Below, piece after piece: positions 43,906 to 59,178 of a stretch of DNA of 64,000 nt. This DNA is from Eledone cirrhosa (lineage: Eukaryota): contig OZ024756.1 of assembly GCA_964016885.1 (NCBI GenBank), positions 3,286,001 to 3,350,000 of the forward strand, given 5' to 3'. The first letter of the stretch is position 1; every line of letters starts with the position of its first letter. Below the pieces are notes generated by a model. It searched no databases and was not told the DNA's origin. It worked only from the letters and a program-made list of their open reading frames with translations. Position numbers and translations under genes: made by a program.

Positions 43906-43948
43906 ACGTTGCTGACGATAGCAAATAAGCTTGAAACTAGTACAGCGT
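43906..43948 (+). ncRNA. Minimal type I hammerhead ribozyme (family H; element about 43840-44215)
   Basis: ACGTTG CTGACGA TAGC[AAATAA]GCTT GAAA CTAG T A CAGCGT; stem III is the palindrome ACTAGT, GUA site. Confidence 0.85.
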
Positions 43949-44213
43949 TCCTTTGTGAGTGTGGAACAAACGAGCAACATTGGTTGCTAGACACTACGGC
44001 TTAATACGGGATGTATGTTTACAAACACACCGAGCATTATAATAAATGTTCGGTGAATCCATACGTACATATATATATATGTGCATGTATGTATATATAT
44101 ATGCATACTACTGTACGTCTGTTTACATATATGTATGTACGTACACATACTTATATTGAAGTAAAAGCCGTACTAAGACTGGGAGACGAAATTTCGTTTC
44201 ATTTTTTCCGTTT

Positions 44214-44261
<48 letters not shown>

Positions 44262-44339
44262 TATCATAAAACATGTCTATAGAATCACCAGATAAAATAT
44301 ATATATATTATATATATAAATATATATATGTTATATATA

Positions 44340-44403
<64 letters not shown>

Positions 44404-44405
<2 letters not shown>

Positions 44406-44568
44406 CGAAGGAAATGTGGTAAGGAACCAGGTGGATCATAACGCACCAAAGTACTCAATACTTGGGGTAGTAGAGTGGGTAATAGGAACCAGTAAGACCC
44501 CGACGGCTGAGCTCAAGCCGTTTTTCTGGAAAAACGGCTTGAGCTCAGCCGTCGGGGTCTTACTGGTT

Positions 44569-44572
<4 letters not shown>
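44404..44572 (-). mobile_element. Family B element
   Basis: Tail plus perfect arms. Confidence 0.9.
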
Positions 44573-44639
<67 letters not shown>

Positions 44640-44831
44640 ATATATATACATATATACATATATATATATATACATATATATATATACATATATACATATG
44701 TATATATACATACATATATACATATGTATATATACATACATATATATATATACATATATATATATATACATATATATATATACATACATATATACATATG
44801 TATATATACATACATATATACATATGTATAT

Positions 44832-44905
<74 letters not shown>

Positions 44906-45259
44906 GACTCTACAATCTCCATCTATCATCTTTCTGTATATATCAATTGTGACCTCCTTCTTCATCCTTGCATTGCTGTCACCCGTCTATATGTCTCTAG
45001 TTCACCCCCCCCCCCTCTCTCTATCTATCTCTCTTTCCTTCTCTTTGTGTTCCTTCTCTTTCGTTATCTATCTGTCAGTCACGTCTCTCTCCCTCTTCCT
45101 CCCCCTCTCTCTCTCTCTCATTCACCCTCTCTCTACTCTGCTAAATCTTCCTCATTCCACAACAATTAATTTGCCCCACATAACGAACAAGGAATACTGA
45201 AAGTCAATTATAGCTTGTGTATAGCTTTACAAAACAATGAACATACATGTTTATATACG

Positions 45260-45297
<38 letters not shown>

Positions 45298-45314
45298 TTA
45301 TATACGTGTATGTG

Positions 45315-45374
<60 letters not shown>

Positions 45375-45595
45375 CACGTATGTATATATATATAAATATA
45401 TATATACATAGACGTATATAAATATATATATATATTTACGTGTATATATATGTACATATATATATATATACATATATATACATACGTATATATATACATA
45501 TATATACATACATATATATATATACATATATATATACATACATATATATATACACATATATATACATACATATATATATACATATATATACATAA

Positions 45596-45639
<44 letters not shown>

Positions 45640-45694
45640 CTATACAATATATATTTATATTTATATATATATATATATATATCTATACAATATA

Positions 45695-45781
<87 letters not shown>

Positions 45782-45941
45782 CTATACGATATATATTTAT
45801 ATATATATATATATACGTGTATATATATATATGCGTGTGTGTATGTATGTATATATAATTGCTTACAAGCTTTTATGTATGAATATAAATATAATTATTT
45901 TAAATTTACAGTAAATCTAATACAGATATATTCTATATGAT

Positions 45942-46015
<74 letters not shown>

Positions 46016-46486
46016 GTAGGTCCCGGGTTGAGTCGGGGATAACCACAGTAAGTAAGGTACTCAATACATGGCAGAAAATATATATATATAAGAAGTCTGG
46101 GTTGAACGGAGCTGTAAATTCCCTCTATAACATCACAAGAGGTTACTTACTCCAATGATTTCTACCCCCAACAACATCTTTACGGTCTGAGTTCAAATCA
46201 CGTCGAGGTTAACTTTTTCCTTTCATCCTTACGGGGTCGATAAAATAAAGTACCAGCAACGTACTGGGTATTTGCTGGCCTTGTGCCAATAGTAGAAACG
46301 ACTATTTATAACATTTAGGTCATGATCTCTTCCTCTCTTATTTAATGCATGATTCTCATTCTGTTGGCAAAGTAATTAAATATATGATAAATATTTAGCC
46401 AGAACATAGTCTACCTTAGATGATTGAAGTTAAATTTTTATTTAGACATTTCTAGCTGTCTGGCTACGTGTTGATATCACTGACTC

Positions 46487-46527
<41 letters not shown>

Positions 46528-46803
46528 TTTCGGGGGTGTGTGCAACCCCCATCACGTCCCCTCCCTTTTGAGGTTGTTTTCGATTATTTTCATTTCATAC
46601 CCTTTTTACTCGGTTTTATGTAAACTCCCCCTTTGTATTTGTCCCTTCTTTTTATGCCTTTATGGTAAATAAAGAAATATATCTATCTATCTATCTATCT
46701 ATATGTTTGTTTTATATTTTTTTACAAGATTGTATGTAAAAACCCCGACATGTCTTTGTTTTGTCCCCTTTTCTTGTGCGCCCTTGTGGCTAATAAAGAA
46801 ATA
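46528..46803 (+). mobile_element. Two tandem LINE 3' ends embedded in (TATC)n
   Basis: Both end ..TGG(T/C)(A/T)AATAAAGAAATATATCTATCT and are preceded by (TATC)n. Confidence 0.6.
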
Positions 46804-46886
46804 TATCTATCTGTCTGTCAGTCACTCTCTCTCTCTCGGTTTCTCTTTCTCTGTAATCATCATATTATATATATATATATTTACAA

Positions 46887-46948
<62 letters not shown>

Positions 46949-47102
46949 AGTAAGTATGTTTTGAAACAGTGAGCGAGTTTGAAATTAGAAAATATATAGC
47001 TTTCACCGTATTTTTGACTAAAGGAATTTTAGCCTGATAACGGGGTTTAGAACCCTCAGATAAATGGAAAAAGATGAGTATTGACGTACATACCTATATA
47101 TA

Positions 47103-47344
<242 letters not shown>

Positions 47345-47413
47345 ATAGTTCCACATATATACACACACTACTTGCTGTGGTTTAGCTCCAGTTGAGACAT
47401 ATTTCAACAGACT

Positions 47414-47646
47414 AATAATAATAATAATAGTAATAATAACAATAATGAAATTATTCTGTACAGTGCTCAGGTGCACTACAACTCGTCAAAGGTGCATGTA
47501 TAGTACATGGAATGATATAAAAAGTGTCAGGGATGTGAATAATGTATGAGCCATGACTTATACATGTGTGCGTGTGTGTGGAGGGGGAATATATGGTGTA
47601 GTGTTGGCGAATCTCAGGAAGCATGTAGGATTTAAAGGACATTCTC
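47414..47646 (-). mobile_element. LINE 3' end (CR1/L2-like) with (ATT)n tail
   Basis: Minus strand ends GAGTTGTAGTGCACCTGAGCACTGTACAGAATAATTTC-(ATT)n with a terminal stem-loop. Clade is inference. Confidence 0.5.
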
Positions 47647-47852
47647 AGATATTCCTTCCAGCCATAACCACATAACACCACCTCACACACTTTAAATACT
47701 CTGTTCCAAGGACAACATATTTCTCACGATTAGATGACTGACCTGATTAGTAGATTATTTGGCTGCTATTTCTAGCAGCTCGACAAACTATTCCTTAGAT
47801 GATTCCTCCCTTTTGCTCAATTAACTATACATATATACCTACATATATACAT

Positions 47853-47912
<60 letters not shown>

Positions 47913-47917
<5 letters not shown>

Positions 47918-48044
47918 AAAACGTATGACCCCCGACGGCAGAGCTCAAGCCGTTTCGACGGCTATTTCTGGACTCTACTACCCTAAGTATTGAGTACTCT
48001 GGTGCGTTATGGTCCATTTGGTTCCTTGCCACAATTCCTTTGTT
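47913..48044 (+). mobile_element. Family B element missing its second arm
   Basis: First arm joined at GGACTCTACTACC to the tail. Confidence 0.85.
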
Positions 48045-48083
48045 ATTTATATATATATATATATATATATAAATATATATATG

Positions 48084-48129
<46 letters not shown>

Positions 48130-48136
48130 TTGTTTC

Positions 48137-48224
<88 letters not shown>

Positions 48225-48299
48225 TCGCTATATGTGTGTGGAAACAGAGAAAGACAGAGAGAGTGGGAGAGAAGGAGAGTGAGGAAGAAGTCTGTGAGA

Positions 48300-48700
48300 A
48301 AGAGTATGTGTGTGGGTTTGAGATGTCTGGCTGTGTGTGAACGTCTGTGTGTGTGTGTGAGAGAGAGACAGAGAGAGAGAGAGAGAGGGAGTGTCTGGCT
48401 GTGTGTGAACGTGTGTGTGAAAGAGAGAGAGAAAGAGAGAGAGAAGGAGAGGGAGTGTCTGTCTGTGTGTGAACGTGTGTGTGAGAGAGAGAGAGAAAGA
48501 GAGAGAGATAGAGTGGGGGGTGTCTGTCTATGTTTGAACGTGTGTGAGAGAGAGAGAGAGAAAGAGAGAGAGAGATAGAGAGGGAGTGTCTGTCTGTGTG
48601 TGAACGTGTGTCTGAGAGAGAGAGAGAAAGAGAAAGAGATAGAGAGGAGGTGTCTGTCTGTATGTGAACGTGTGTGTGTGTGTGTGAGTGAGAGAGAGAG
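48300..48700. repeat. GT/GA composite tandem repeat (about 60 bp unit containing GTGAACGTGTG)
   Basis: About 6 units. Confidence 0.8.
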
Positions 48701-48948
48701 AGGGGTGGGGTGGGGGTGAAGAGTCAGATGACATCCATTACTATGTTGAAGGATTTTAGTGTAAAAAATATAGTCTTTACACGAACATTTCATGTATATT
48801 TGTAAAATATATATACTTACATACATACACACACATGTGTTATATATATACACACGTATACATATACACAAACACATATACATATATATATATACATATA
48901 TACATATATATTATATACATAAATATATATACATAGATATAAATATAT

Positions 48949-48995
<47 letters not shown>

Positions 48996-49015
48996 TATAT
49001 ATATATATAAATATA

Positions 49016-49059
<44 letters not shown>

Positions 49060-49062
<3 letters not shown>

Positions 49063-49606
49063 CGGAGGACATGTGGTAAGGAACCAGGTGGACCATAACG
49101 CACCAAAGTACTCAATACTTAGGGTAGTAGAGTGGGTAATAGGAACCAGTAAGACCCCGACGGCTGAGCTCAAGCCGTTTCGACGGCTAATTCTAATAGA
49201 GTCCAGAATTAGCCGTCGAAACGGCTTGATCTCAGCCGTCGGGGTCTTACTGGTTCCTATATATATATGCGTGTTTGTGTATGTGTGTATACACATACAC
49301 TCACACATAAATATATGTATATATATAAATAAATATATATATATAATTGTTTCTACTTTTGGCACAAGGCCAGCAATTAATCCAGTGTATTACTGGTACT
49401 TTATTTTATCGACCCCGTAAGGATGAAAGGCAAAGTTAAACTCGGCGGGATTTATAACGAAGGAGGTGTGGTAAGGAACCAGGTGGACCATAACGCACCA
49501 GAGTACTCAATACGTAGGGTAGTAGAGTGGGTAATAGGAAAAAGTTTAACCAGAAATAGGCGTCGAAACGGCTTGAGCTCTGCCGTCGGGGTTAAACTTT
49601 TTCCTA
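49060..49606 (-). mobile_element. Family B (49060-49260), SINE A fragment (49345-49453), family B (49456-49606)
   Basis: Consensus matches; the second B copy abuts the truncated SINE. Confidence 0.88.
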
Positions 49607-49687
49607 TATATATATATAGACGGACGAATGGACTGACATACATATTATACATAATGGACTCACATACATCCCGTTACCCATCTATAG

Positions 49688-50060
49688 AACTACTACTACT
49701 ACTACTACCATTACCACTACCACTACCACTATCACCACTACTACTACTACTACTACTACCACTACCACTACCACCACCACCACTACCACTACTACTACTA
49801 CTACTACTACCACTACTACCACCACTACTACTACTACTACTACAACTACCACTACCACCACCACCACTACTACTACTATTACTACCACTACCACTACTAA
49901 CTACTACTACCACTACTACCACCACTACTACTACTACTACAACTACCACCACCACCACTACTACTACTACAACTACCACTACCACCACCACCACTACTAC
50001 TACTACTACCACTACCACCACTACTACTACTACCACCACTACCACTACTAGTACTACTAT
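49688..50060. repeat. (CTA)n/(CCA)n trinucleotide array
   Basis: Directly visible. Confidence 0.97.
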
Positions 50061-50452
50061 CATATACTTCAGCACTGTTTGTAGGTGTCACATATATATT
50101 GAAACTAACCCAAACACCCTAATACAAACACACACACACAGAGGCAGGCGTTGTTAACGTATATACACATACTGAGAGACATATATACACATACATACTT
50201 ACAAACACATATACACACATGACCCACTGAAACACTGAAACACACACACACGTATATAGATATATCTACACATCCTTAAACACGTACATACATACTCCTC
50301 TATATATATATAGGTATATGTGTATATATATATATATATATTTATATATTATATATATGTGTGTGTATGTATATATATATATGTATATATATATCTACAT
50401 TATACATATGTGTGTATATATATTTATATATATATGTGTATATATATATTTG

Positions 50453-50644
50453 TAACGGAGGAGGTGTGGTAAGGAACTAGATGGACCAGAACGCACCAGA
50501 GTACTTAATACTTAGGGTAGTAGAGTGGGTAATAGGAAATTGTTTGACCCCGACGGCAGAGCTCAAGCCGTTTCGACGGCTATTTCTGGACCGAAATAGC
50601 CGTCGAAACGGCTTGAGTTCTGCCGTCGGGGTCAAACATTCTCC

Positions 50645-50646
<2 letters not shown>
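50453..50646 (-). mobile_element. Family B element
   Basis: Tail plus arms. Confidence 0.9.
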
Positions 50647-50688
<42 letters not shown>

Positions 50689-50716
50689 ATCAAAAGATGG
50701 TTAAAAGAGTTCCAAG

Positions 50717-50787
50717 TATTTTATTATGCGCATTTCAAAAACAAATATCATCATGGGATGATATCTGCGTTCTCATCAGATAAAATA
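50717..50787 (-). ncRNA. Type I hammerhead ribozyme (family K)
   Basis: TATTTTAT CTGATGA GAACGCAGATATCATC[CCAT]GATGATATTTGTTTTT GAAA TGCGCA T A ATAAAATA; stem III is the palindrome ATGCGCAT. Confidence 0.8.
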
Positions 50788-51977
50788 GGGAGACATGATA
50801 TGAAGCTTAAAAAACACTTGTGGGCCATGAAGTTTTAAATCAACATATATATATGTGTGTGTGGGGGGGGGGGGGTAATACAGCAAACATACATATAGAC
50901 AGATCGTACGCACACCCACTAACGCATTCACGAACACAAACACACACAAACACCTACACATGCACAATTTCTCTTTCTCTCCCACACACATGCACACATA
51001 TTCTCTCTCACCCCCTACTCTCTCTCTCTCTCTTTTCGTCTTCTCTTCTCTCTCTCACACATTGATTACACAGATAATTACACATACACATACATACACA
51101 CACATATACACACTCACATAGACACACAGTCGCATACATACATACACACACATTATCATCCCCTCTCTCCATCTTCACTCCTCCATTTCACACATAGATT
51201 CACACACACTTACACATACACACTCACTTACACACACATACATACATGCACACGTTCACATACACAGACACCCACATACACACACACACTTACATACACA
51301 CACGTACATACATATACACACTCACATACATACACACTCATATACATACACACACACACACAGACACACAACATACATACACACACACTCATATACACAC
51401 ACACACACACACATACACACACTCATATACATACATACATACACATACATACACAGACACACATACATACACACACTCAGATATACACACTCACATACAT
51501 ACACACTCATATACATACACACATACACACAGATACACACACACTCATATACATACAAACACACACACGTACACACTCATATACATATACATACACACAC
51601 AGACAGAGACACAGAGACACAGAGAGAGACACACACTCTAGTAATGTACTTTAGGGTGGTTTCCTTCTCCCCAGGGACCTCATTAGGGAAGTTGAAGTAG
51701 AAAAAGGATGTGCAATAGCGGAACACACAAGAATTGAAACCTGCTTTTTATGTTCTAATTTATTTAGAAAACATCTTTTACACCAACTCCAAGCTGAGGT
51801 GGTGAGACAATCCTAGTGGCAGCCTGGTCGAATGGATAACAGGTTCCCTTCCCAGTCACCAGTTCCAAGTTTTTATCCCACTGTGTGGCTATAGCGATCT
51901 TGTGAGTGAAGAAAGTGTGTACACTCTGGCCTGGAACCATCCTCCCCCCCCCCACCTAACCCTCGCTTATTATATTT

Positions 51978-53225
51978 TCGAGGTCGATAAAATAAAGTAC
52001 CAGTGATATACTGGGCAAACGCTGGCCTTGTGCCAAAAGTAGACACTCTTGAGTTCAAATCCCGCCGAGGTTAACTTTGCCTTTCATCCATACGGGGTCG
52101 GTAAAATAAAGTACACTAGGATAATTAATTGCTGGCCTTGTGCCAAAAGTAGAAACAATTATTTTTTTCATATTTTTGCAGCTCCCACCCAGCCTACTTA
52201 TTAAATTTTGCCACTCTATCCCCGGCGAAATTAATTTTCTTTAGACATTAAAACACATTATAAATAACAAAAAAATTAGATTACAAGAAATCTGTTATAA
52301 AATAAATAGGATGGGTTGGGAGCTCAATATGTAAACTAAATAATTAATTCTGGTTTTAAAAAAAAAGAATCAACGGAGACAACCGAGAAAAATTACCAAT
52401 TTTCCATTCACTTCCCCCTTATTCAGCCCCTACCCCGCTTATTCCATCCACCCTCTTATTATTTGGGACCTGAGAGGAGGTAGAAATTGTTTGCAAGCCC
52501 CAGAATGGCCTGCACTTGTAATTCAAAAAGGGGGGCAGCGTTGTCACACCATGTTAAGCTCTTAAGCTGAATCTTCCTAAGGAGGGATATGTCTCTAGAA
52601 TTCACACGTTAATTTCCATGAGCAAACAGTTCCGTTTGTCGAAAAACTGGAACACACATCGTCGAAACCGATGGAGGTCCATTGACCAATCACCAGATCG
52701 ATGACGCCAGCTATTACGGTTGTAGCTCACTTGCTCGACATAGAGAAATAGCAGCCAATTCTCCCTCAAATCAAATCTCGCCGCCGTCTTAAGAAAAATG
52801 TTTTCATTTTATTTCCTGTTTATTCAGGAAGAGAAGGGCTGAATTGTGTCCTAATCGACCTTTTTAGAAATAGCAGCCAAATCTCTCTCAAATAGACTCT
52901 CGCTCTCTTACGAAATGTGCTGTATCTATTGTAGCACAGAGTTACGGCCCTTTAGGTTCTGAATTTCAAATTCCGCCGAGGTTAGCTTTGTCTTTCACCC
53001 TTACGGAATCGATAAAATAATGTACCAGTAATGTACTGGGTTGATTTAATGGACTTCCCCTTCCCCTTCAAATTGCTGACCTTGTGCCTAAAGTAGAAAC
53101 AATTATTATCATCATTATTGGCAGAATAAGTAGAGCGTCGGGAAAAATGCTTTTGCAGCATATAGTTACAAATCAACTTAGCATTTCACCCTTCCGGGGT
53201 CGATAAAATAAAGTAACAGTCAAGT
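51978..53225 (+). mobile_element. SINE A fragments (51978-52045, 52048-52161, 52930-53108, 53118-53225) with other short interspersed repeats
   Basis: Consensus matches; the GAAATAGCAGCCAAATCTC repeat at 52745 and 52867 recurs at 54828, 54970 and (-) 47757. Confidence 0.75.
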
Positions 53226-53430
53226 GTTACTAGAAATAATTATTTATTTATTTATTTTGTTATTTAGTCAATAAGGGAGAGTCTGTGGCCAAGATCCTTT
53301 TCTGAGCACTGAAGACTGATGAGGAGGAAGGGAAGAAGATACCCTCGTTCCCAGACAACTACCTGCTCTGGTCCCTGAATACTGGCTCCGGCTTGTAGTA
53401 AGAGTGTTAAACCAGGCAAATTTCGTATCA

Positions 53431-54002
53431 GGACACATTGTCAAATATAGGCCCAGATCTGGACATTGTCAAATATAGACGTAGATCAAGTCATTGTCAA
53501 ATATAGACCCAGATCTTGTCAAATATAGACCCAGATCAGGACATCTTTTCAAATATAGACCTATATCTGGACATTGTCAAATATAGACCGATATCAAGTC
53601 ATTGTCAAATATAGGACCCAGGTCAGGACATCTTGTCAAATATAGACCCAGATCCGGACATTGTCAAATATAGACCCAGGTCAGGACATTGTCAAATATA
53701 GACCCAGATCAGGATATAGACCCGATATCTGGACATTGTCAAATATAGACCCAGATCAGGATATTGTCAAATATAGACCCAAATCTGGATATAGACCCGA
53801 TATCTGGACATTGTCAAATATAGACCCAGATCAGGATATTGTCAAATATAGACCCAAATCTGGATATAGACCGAGATCAAGGCATTGTCAAATATAGACC
53901 CAGATCTGGACATCTTGTCAAATTTAAACCCAGATCAGGACATCTTGTCAAATATTGACCCAGATCTGGACATCTTGTCAAATATAGGACCCAGATCAAG
54001 TC
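53431..54002. repeat. About 28-30 bp minisatellite (GGACATTGTCAAATATAGACCCAGATCT)n
   Basis: About 20 diverged units. Confidence 0.95.
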
Positions 54003-54009
54003 AAAAGTT

Positions 54010-54110
54010 ATAGTCTGTTCTAAGCTGAAGGCTCACCAGGCCGGTATCCCCGGTTTCCTTGGCGTTCAGCAACTGAGAGTACAAGACTCTCTCCCTGGAT
54101 AGGACGACAT
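54010..54110 (-). mobile_element. 3' part of another SINE
   Basis: Minus strand GTCCTATCCAGGG..TACTCTCAGTTGCT..GGAAACCGGGG..GGCCTGGTGAGCC resembles Deu/Nin-type SINE 3' bodies. Confidence 0.45.
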
Positions 54111-55192
54111 ATAGAGTTCCACATCGGGACACATTCACAAATATTGTCTCAGACGTACAATAGAAATACGACAGACTGGTTGGTCATTGCTGGAACGCCA
54201 TTGATCAGAGACATACTCGCTCACTGTTGACCTAGGGCTGAACAACATAACATCAACAACGATATATGAGGGTGTATATATACATGTATGTATGTGTGTA
54301 TGTATGTATGTGTGTGTATGTATGTGTGTGTGTATGTATGTGCGTATGTATACATGTACGTATGTATGTGTGTGTATGTATGTATGATTGTATGTGTGTA
54401 TACATGTATGTATGTATACATGCATGTATCTGTGCATGTATGTGCGTATGTATGTACGCATATATAAGTGTGTATGTATGTACATATATAAGTGTTTATG
54501 TATGTACGACTGTAAATGCGTAATTTGTAAATATTGCTATATTTGTTAATAAGTAAAGAGAAAATGTGAGGTTGTGATATTCATGCCTTTCCAAAAGGCA
54601 TTTCAGAGCACATCTTTCGTTTTTAGCTAATGACGAATTATAACTGAGAATTCACGTTAAATAAACCGAATTCTTCTCTAGAGGGTGTATATAAATTGGG
54701 TGTGTAATTGTGTTAGTGTGTCTCTGTGTCTATGTGTATATATGTGAATATATGGGTGTCCTAGTTTAAATGTTTGTTTAAACATCGAATTGGCAGCGTT
54801 TCTTACTGCTGTTACTCAACCTGCTAAAAATAGCAGCCAGATCTCCCTCTAAAATCACAAACACTGTCGCTTGTTTTCGAATAAGATTAAGTTTTAAAAA
54901 AATATAATATTTATCTTTTTTAAACCAGAGAATAGGAAACGATTAGTACCGTTGTTACTCAACCTGCTAGAAATAGCAGCCAAATCTCCCTAAAATCACA
55001 AAACCACGTTACTTGTTTTCGAATAAGATATTTAATTAAGTCCTAGGTGTATTATGACTAGAGGTGGGGAAATAAGCTGGAACAGAATCCATACTAAGAC
55101 AGCAACACCAGGAGATTTGACCTATGGTTACACGGCAACCACAGCAACTAATCGATGAAGGAAAATCAATTTTCTCTGCTAAATATATCATT

Positions 55193-55445
55193 GCTGGCTG
55201 TAATTGGTAGAGCGCCGGATCACACACTTTGTGCCATGTACTTACACCCCTTTACGTTCTGTGTTCAAATCCCGCCCAGGTTAGCCTTGCATTTCATCCT
55301 TACGAGATCAATAAAAAACAAAGTACCAGTAATGCACTAGGGTCGATTTAATCGACATTCCCCTCCCCCCAAATTGCTGGCCTTGTGCTTATAGTAGAAA
55401 TCATTAGTAGTAGTAGCACTAGCATTAGTAGTAGTAGTAGTAGTA

Positions 55446-55530
<85 letters not shown>

Positions 55531-55541
55531 AAGTAGTAGTA
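55193..55541 (+). mobile_element. SINE family A with an expanded (GTA)n tail
   Basis: Body 55193-55405, followed by the (GTA)n tract. Confidence 0.85.
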
Positions 55542-55812
55542 ATGACAACTCTTCCTGTGTCAGGAAGTATAAACCGGCTACAATTGGCGGCGTAAATCCC
55601 ACCTCCACGCCACAAATATTAGGCTACATGATCAACCGAAGTAATGAATCTTTCACACGATCATTAATGCTAATATATATACAATATATATGTGTATATA
55701 TATATATATATGTGTATATATATATGTGTATATATATATATCCCAGTGTATACAGGCGTTTGTGGGTTTCTGCACGTTTGTATACACGTATTATATATAT
55801 ATATATATATAT

Positions 55813-56021
55813 ATAGGAAAAAGTATGTCCCCGACGGCAGAGCTCAAGCCGTTTCGACGGCTATTTCTGGACTCAAATAGTCTGAGTCCAGAAATAGCCG
55901 TCGAAACGGCTTGAGCTCTGCCGTCGGGGACATACTTTTTCCTGTTTCCCACTCTACTACCCTAAGTATTGAGTACTCTGGTACGTTATCGTCCATCTGG
56001 TTCCTTACCACAATTCCTTTG

Positions 56022-56024
<3 letters not shown>
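55813..56024 (+). mobile_element. Family B element with perfect 62-63 bp arms
   Basis: GGAAAAAGTATGTCCCCGACGGCAG...CTGCCGTCGGGGACATACTTTTTCC plus tail. Confidence 0.92.
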
Positions 56025-56067
<43 letters not shown>

Positions 56068-56400
56068 TATATATATCTCTATATATATATCTATATATAT
56101 ATCTATATATATATACACATATTATATATATCTATATATCTATATATATATACACATATTATATATATATAAGAATGATAGATAGATGTAATGTATATAT
56201 ATATCCGTGTGAGTTTGATGGTTGAGAGAAAGGAGTACCAGAGTAGAGTTTTAATATTTATATTATAAAGGCAAATAATATGGTTAAATAATATATGTAT
56301 ATATAAGTTGAAATAAAATGAAAACGAAATTTCATTTCTCACTCTTAGTATGTGTATGTGTACCTGTATGTATATGTGTATATGTATATATATATATGTG

Positions 56401-56452
<52 letters not shown>

Positions 56453-56505
56453 TGCTACTGTACGTCTGTATACATATATGTATGTACGTATACACACATA
56501 CTTAC

Positions 56506-56568
<63 letters not shown>

Positions 56569-56633
56569 TAGATATATACATATATATACATACATATATA
56601 TATATACATATATATACATACATATATATATAT

Positions 56634-56738
<105 letters not shown>

Positions 56739-56815
56739 TACATATATATATATATACACACATATATATATATACACACACACATATATATATATATACA
56801 CACATATATATATAT

Positions 56816-56902
<87 letters not shown>

Positions 56903-56937
56903 TACACGTATATACATATATACACATATATATATAT

Positions 56938-56984
<47 letters not shown>

Positions 56985-57032
56985 TATTTACACATGTATG
57001 TATATATATATATCTACACACACACAGAAGTA

Positions 57033-57074
<42 letters not shown>

Positions 57075-57150
57075 CACACATATATATATATATCAGTCCA
57101 GAATTAGCCGTCGAAACTGCTTGAGCTCAGCCTTCGGGGTCTTATTTGTT

Positions 57151-57228
<78 letters not shown>

Positions 57229-57409
57229 TATATATATATACATATAACGTTAACCTAATTTATTTCTTCCATATACCGTATCGAATGGTTTTGTTATTTC
57301 TGTTTACCTTTTACATACAATTATATATACATATATATATATACATATATATCTATATATATATATAAATATATACATAGATACATATATACGTATGTAT
57401 ATACACACA

Positions 57410-57440
<31 letters not shown>

Positions 57441-57520
57441 GTATATATGTCCATATATACGCTATGAGGATATGGTAGTTGGAGAACTATGAAATGTTAG
57501 TGGTCCTATCAAAGTGGTTT

Positions 57521-57576
<56 letters not shown>

Positions 57577-57579
57577 ATT

Positions 57580-57625
<46 letters not shown>

Positions 57626-57788
57626 TATATATTTGTATAGATATATATATTGAGTTACGTTATCATAACATAATATAAGTATAATATAACGAATATGTTT
57701 CTCAATAGAAAAGCTCAAAGGGCGTTTGCCCAGAGTTTCAATAACTCAAATTATGTTATATAGCTCTCTCTCTCTTTCTCTTTCTCTT

Positions 57789-57822
<34 letters not shown>

Positions 57823-57913
57823 GCTCTCTCCCGTTCTCTGTCACTCTCCGCCTCTTTCCATATATCTTTTAATTTGAATTATATATACACACACATATAT
57901 ATATATGTGTGTG

Positions 57914-57946
<33 letters not shown>

Positions 57947-57977
57947 GTGTGTGTGTCTATATATGTATACATATATG

Positions 57978-58124
<147 letters not shown>

Positions 58125-58190
58125 ACGTTGTTCCGGGTTGAATCGGAGGTAACCACAGTAAGTAAGGTACTCAATACTTTTTTGATACCC

Positions 58191-58241
58191 AGATTCCTGA
58201 TGATTTCTAATGAATGAAACAGTTCTAGTCCTGTAGAATCT
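58191..58241 (+). ncRNA. Type I hammerhead ribozyme (family D)
   Basis: AGATTC CTGATGA TTTC[TAAT]GAAT GAAA CAG[TTCTAGTC]CTG T A GAATCT: 6-bp stem I, GUA site. Confidence 0.85.
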
Positions 58242-58256
58242 CATCTATATTAAAAC

Positions 58257-58332
<76 letters not shown>

Positions 58333-58492
58333 TGTATGTATATGTATATATATGCATACATATACATATCTGTAAATGAAGAGACACAAACAATAACAAC
58401 GTATAATAACAATAACCTCAAAAGCTGTCAGAGCAGAAATACTTACTGTTGCGTTTATATTTTGTTGTTAAACAAAAAACGGTATTTTGTAG

Positions 58493-58598
58493 CAGAGACT
58501 ATTTTTGAAATAATAAATCCTACACAATTTCTTGTGATAGATGATGATGATGCTGAAGATGGGAACTTAGATTCTTATATTAATGGTGCAAACGAGGG
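58493..58598 (+). CDS. Candidate cadherin-like exon, ETIFEIINPTQFLVIDDDDAEDGNLDSYINGANE
   Basis: TTTTGTAG acceptor and GG|GTAAAT donor; acidic V.D.D...G....Y spacing resembles the cadherin Ca-binding motif. Confidence 0.35.
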
Positions 58599-58676
58599 GT
58601 AAATATTATGGTGTGAACATATGTATATACACACATGTATATATTTATATTCATGTAGATTTACATACATACATAC

Positions 58677-58771
<95 letters not shown>

Positions 58772-59122
58772 TGTATGTATGTATGTATGTATGTATGTAT
58801 GGGTAGTTGTGTGTATGTTTGTGTGTATGTGTGTATCAGGTAAGATAATATAATATATAATAATGATGTATATATAAATATATATAAATATATATATGTA
58901 TAAAATATATTAGATGTATATTCCAGCTGAATTAATTAATGATCCATCTTCCGGTTTCAATAAATAATTTCTTATATAAATATATTGTTTATAACAATAT
59001 TCCTCCATGTAGAATAGTATTGCATATGTGCTGTGGTGGTAAGTTAGTGCGATTCCGTGTGGGAGGAAGTGAGAGGAAATGAGGGAGAGGAAGAGAGAAT
59101 GAAAGGAAGTTGAATGTAGCAG

Positions 59123-59178
<56 letters not shown>

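Noticed and set aside
49423-50157. 244-aa ORF with poly-L/P/T
   Set aside because: Read-through of a SINE fragment, a family B element and a (CTA/CCA)n array.
51764-51955. 63-aa minus-strand ORF in unique sequence
   Set aside because: No recognisable motif, and competing plus-strand splice signals; unsupported either way.
53316-53345. CTGATGA as a hammerhead core
   Set aside because: No stem II, GAAA or stem III arrangement follows.
53431-54002. Roughly 29-bp repeat array as a CRISPR
   Set aside because: Head-to-tail units with no unique spacers, no cas genes, eukaryotic context.
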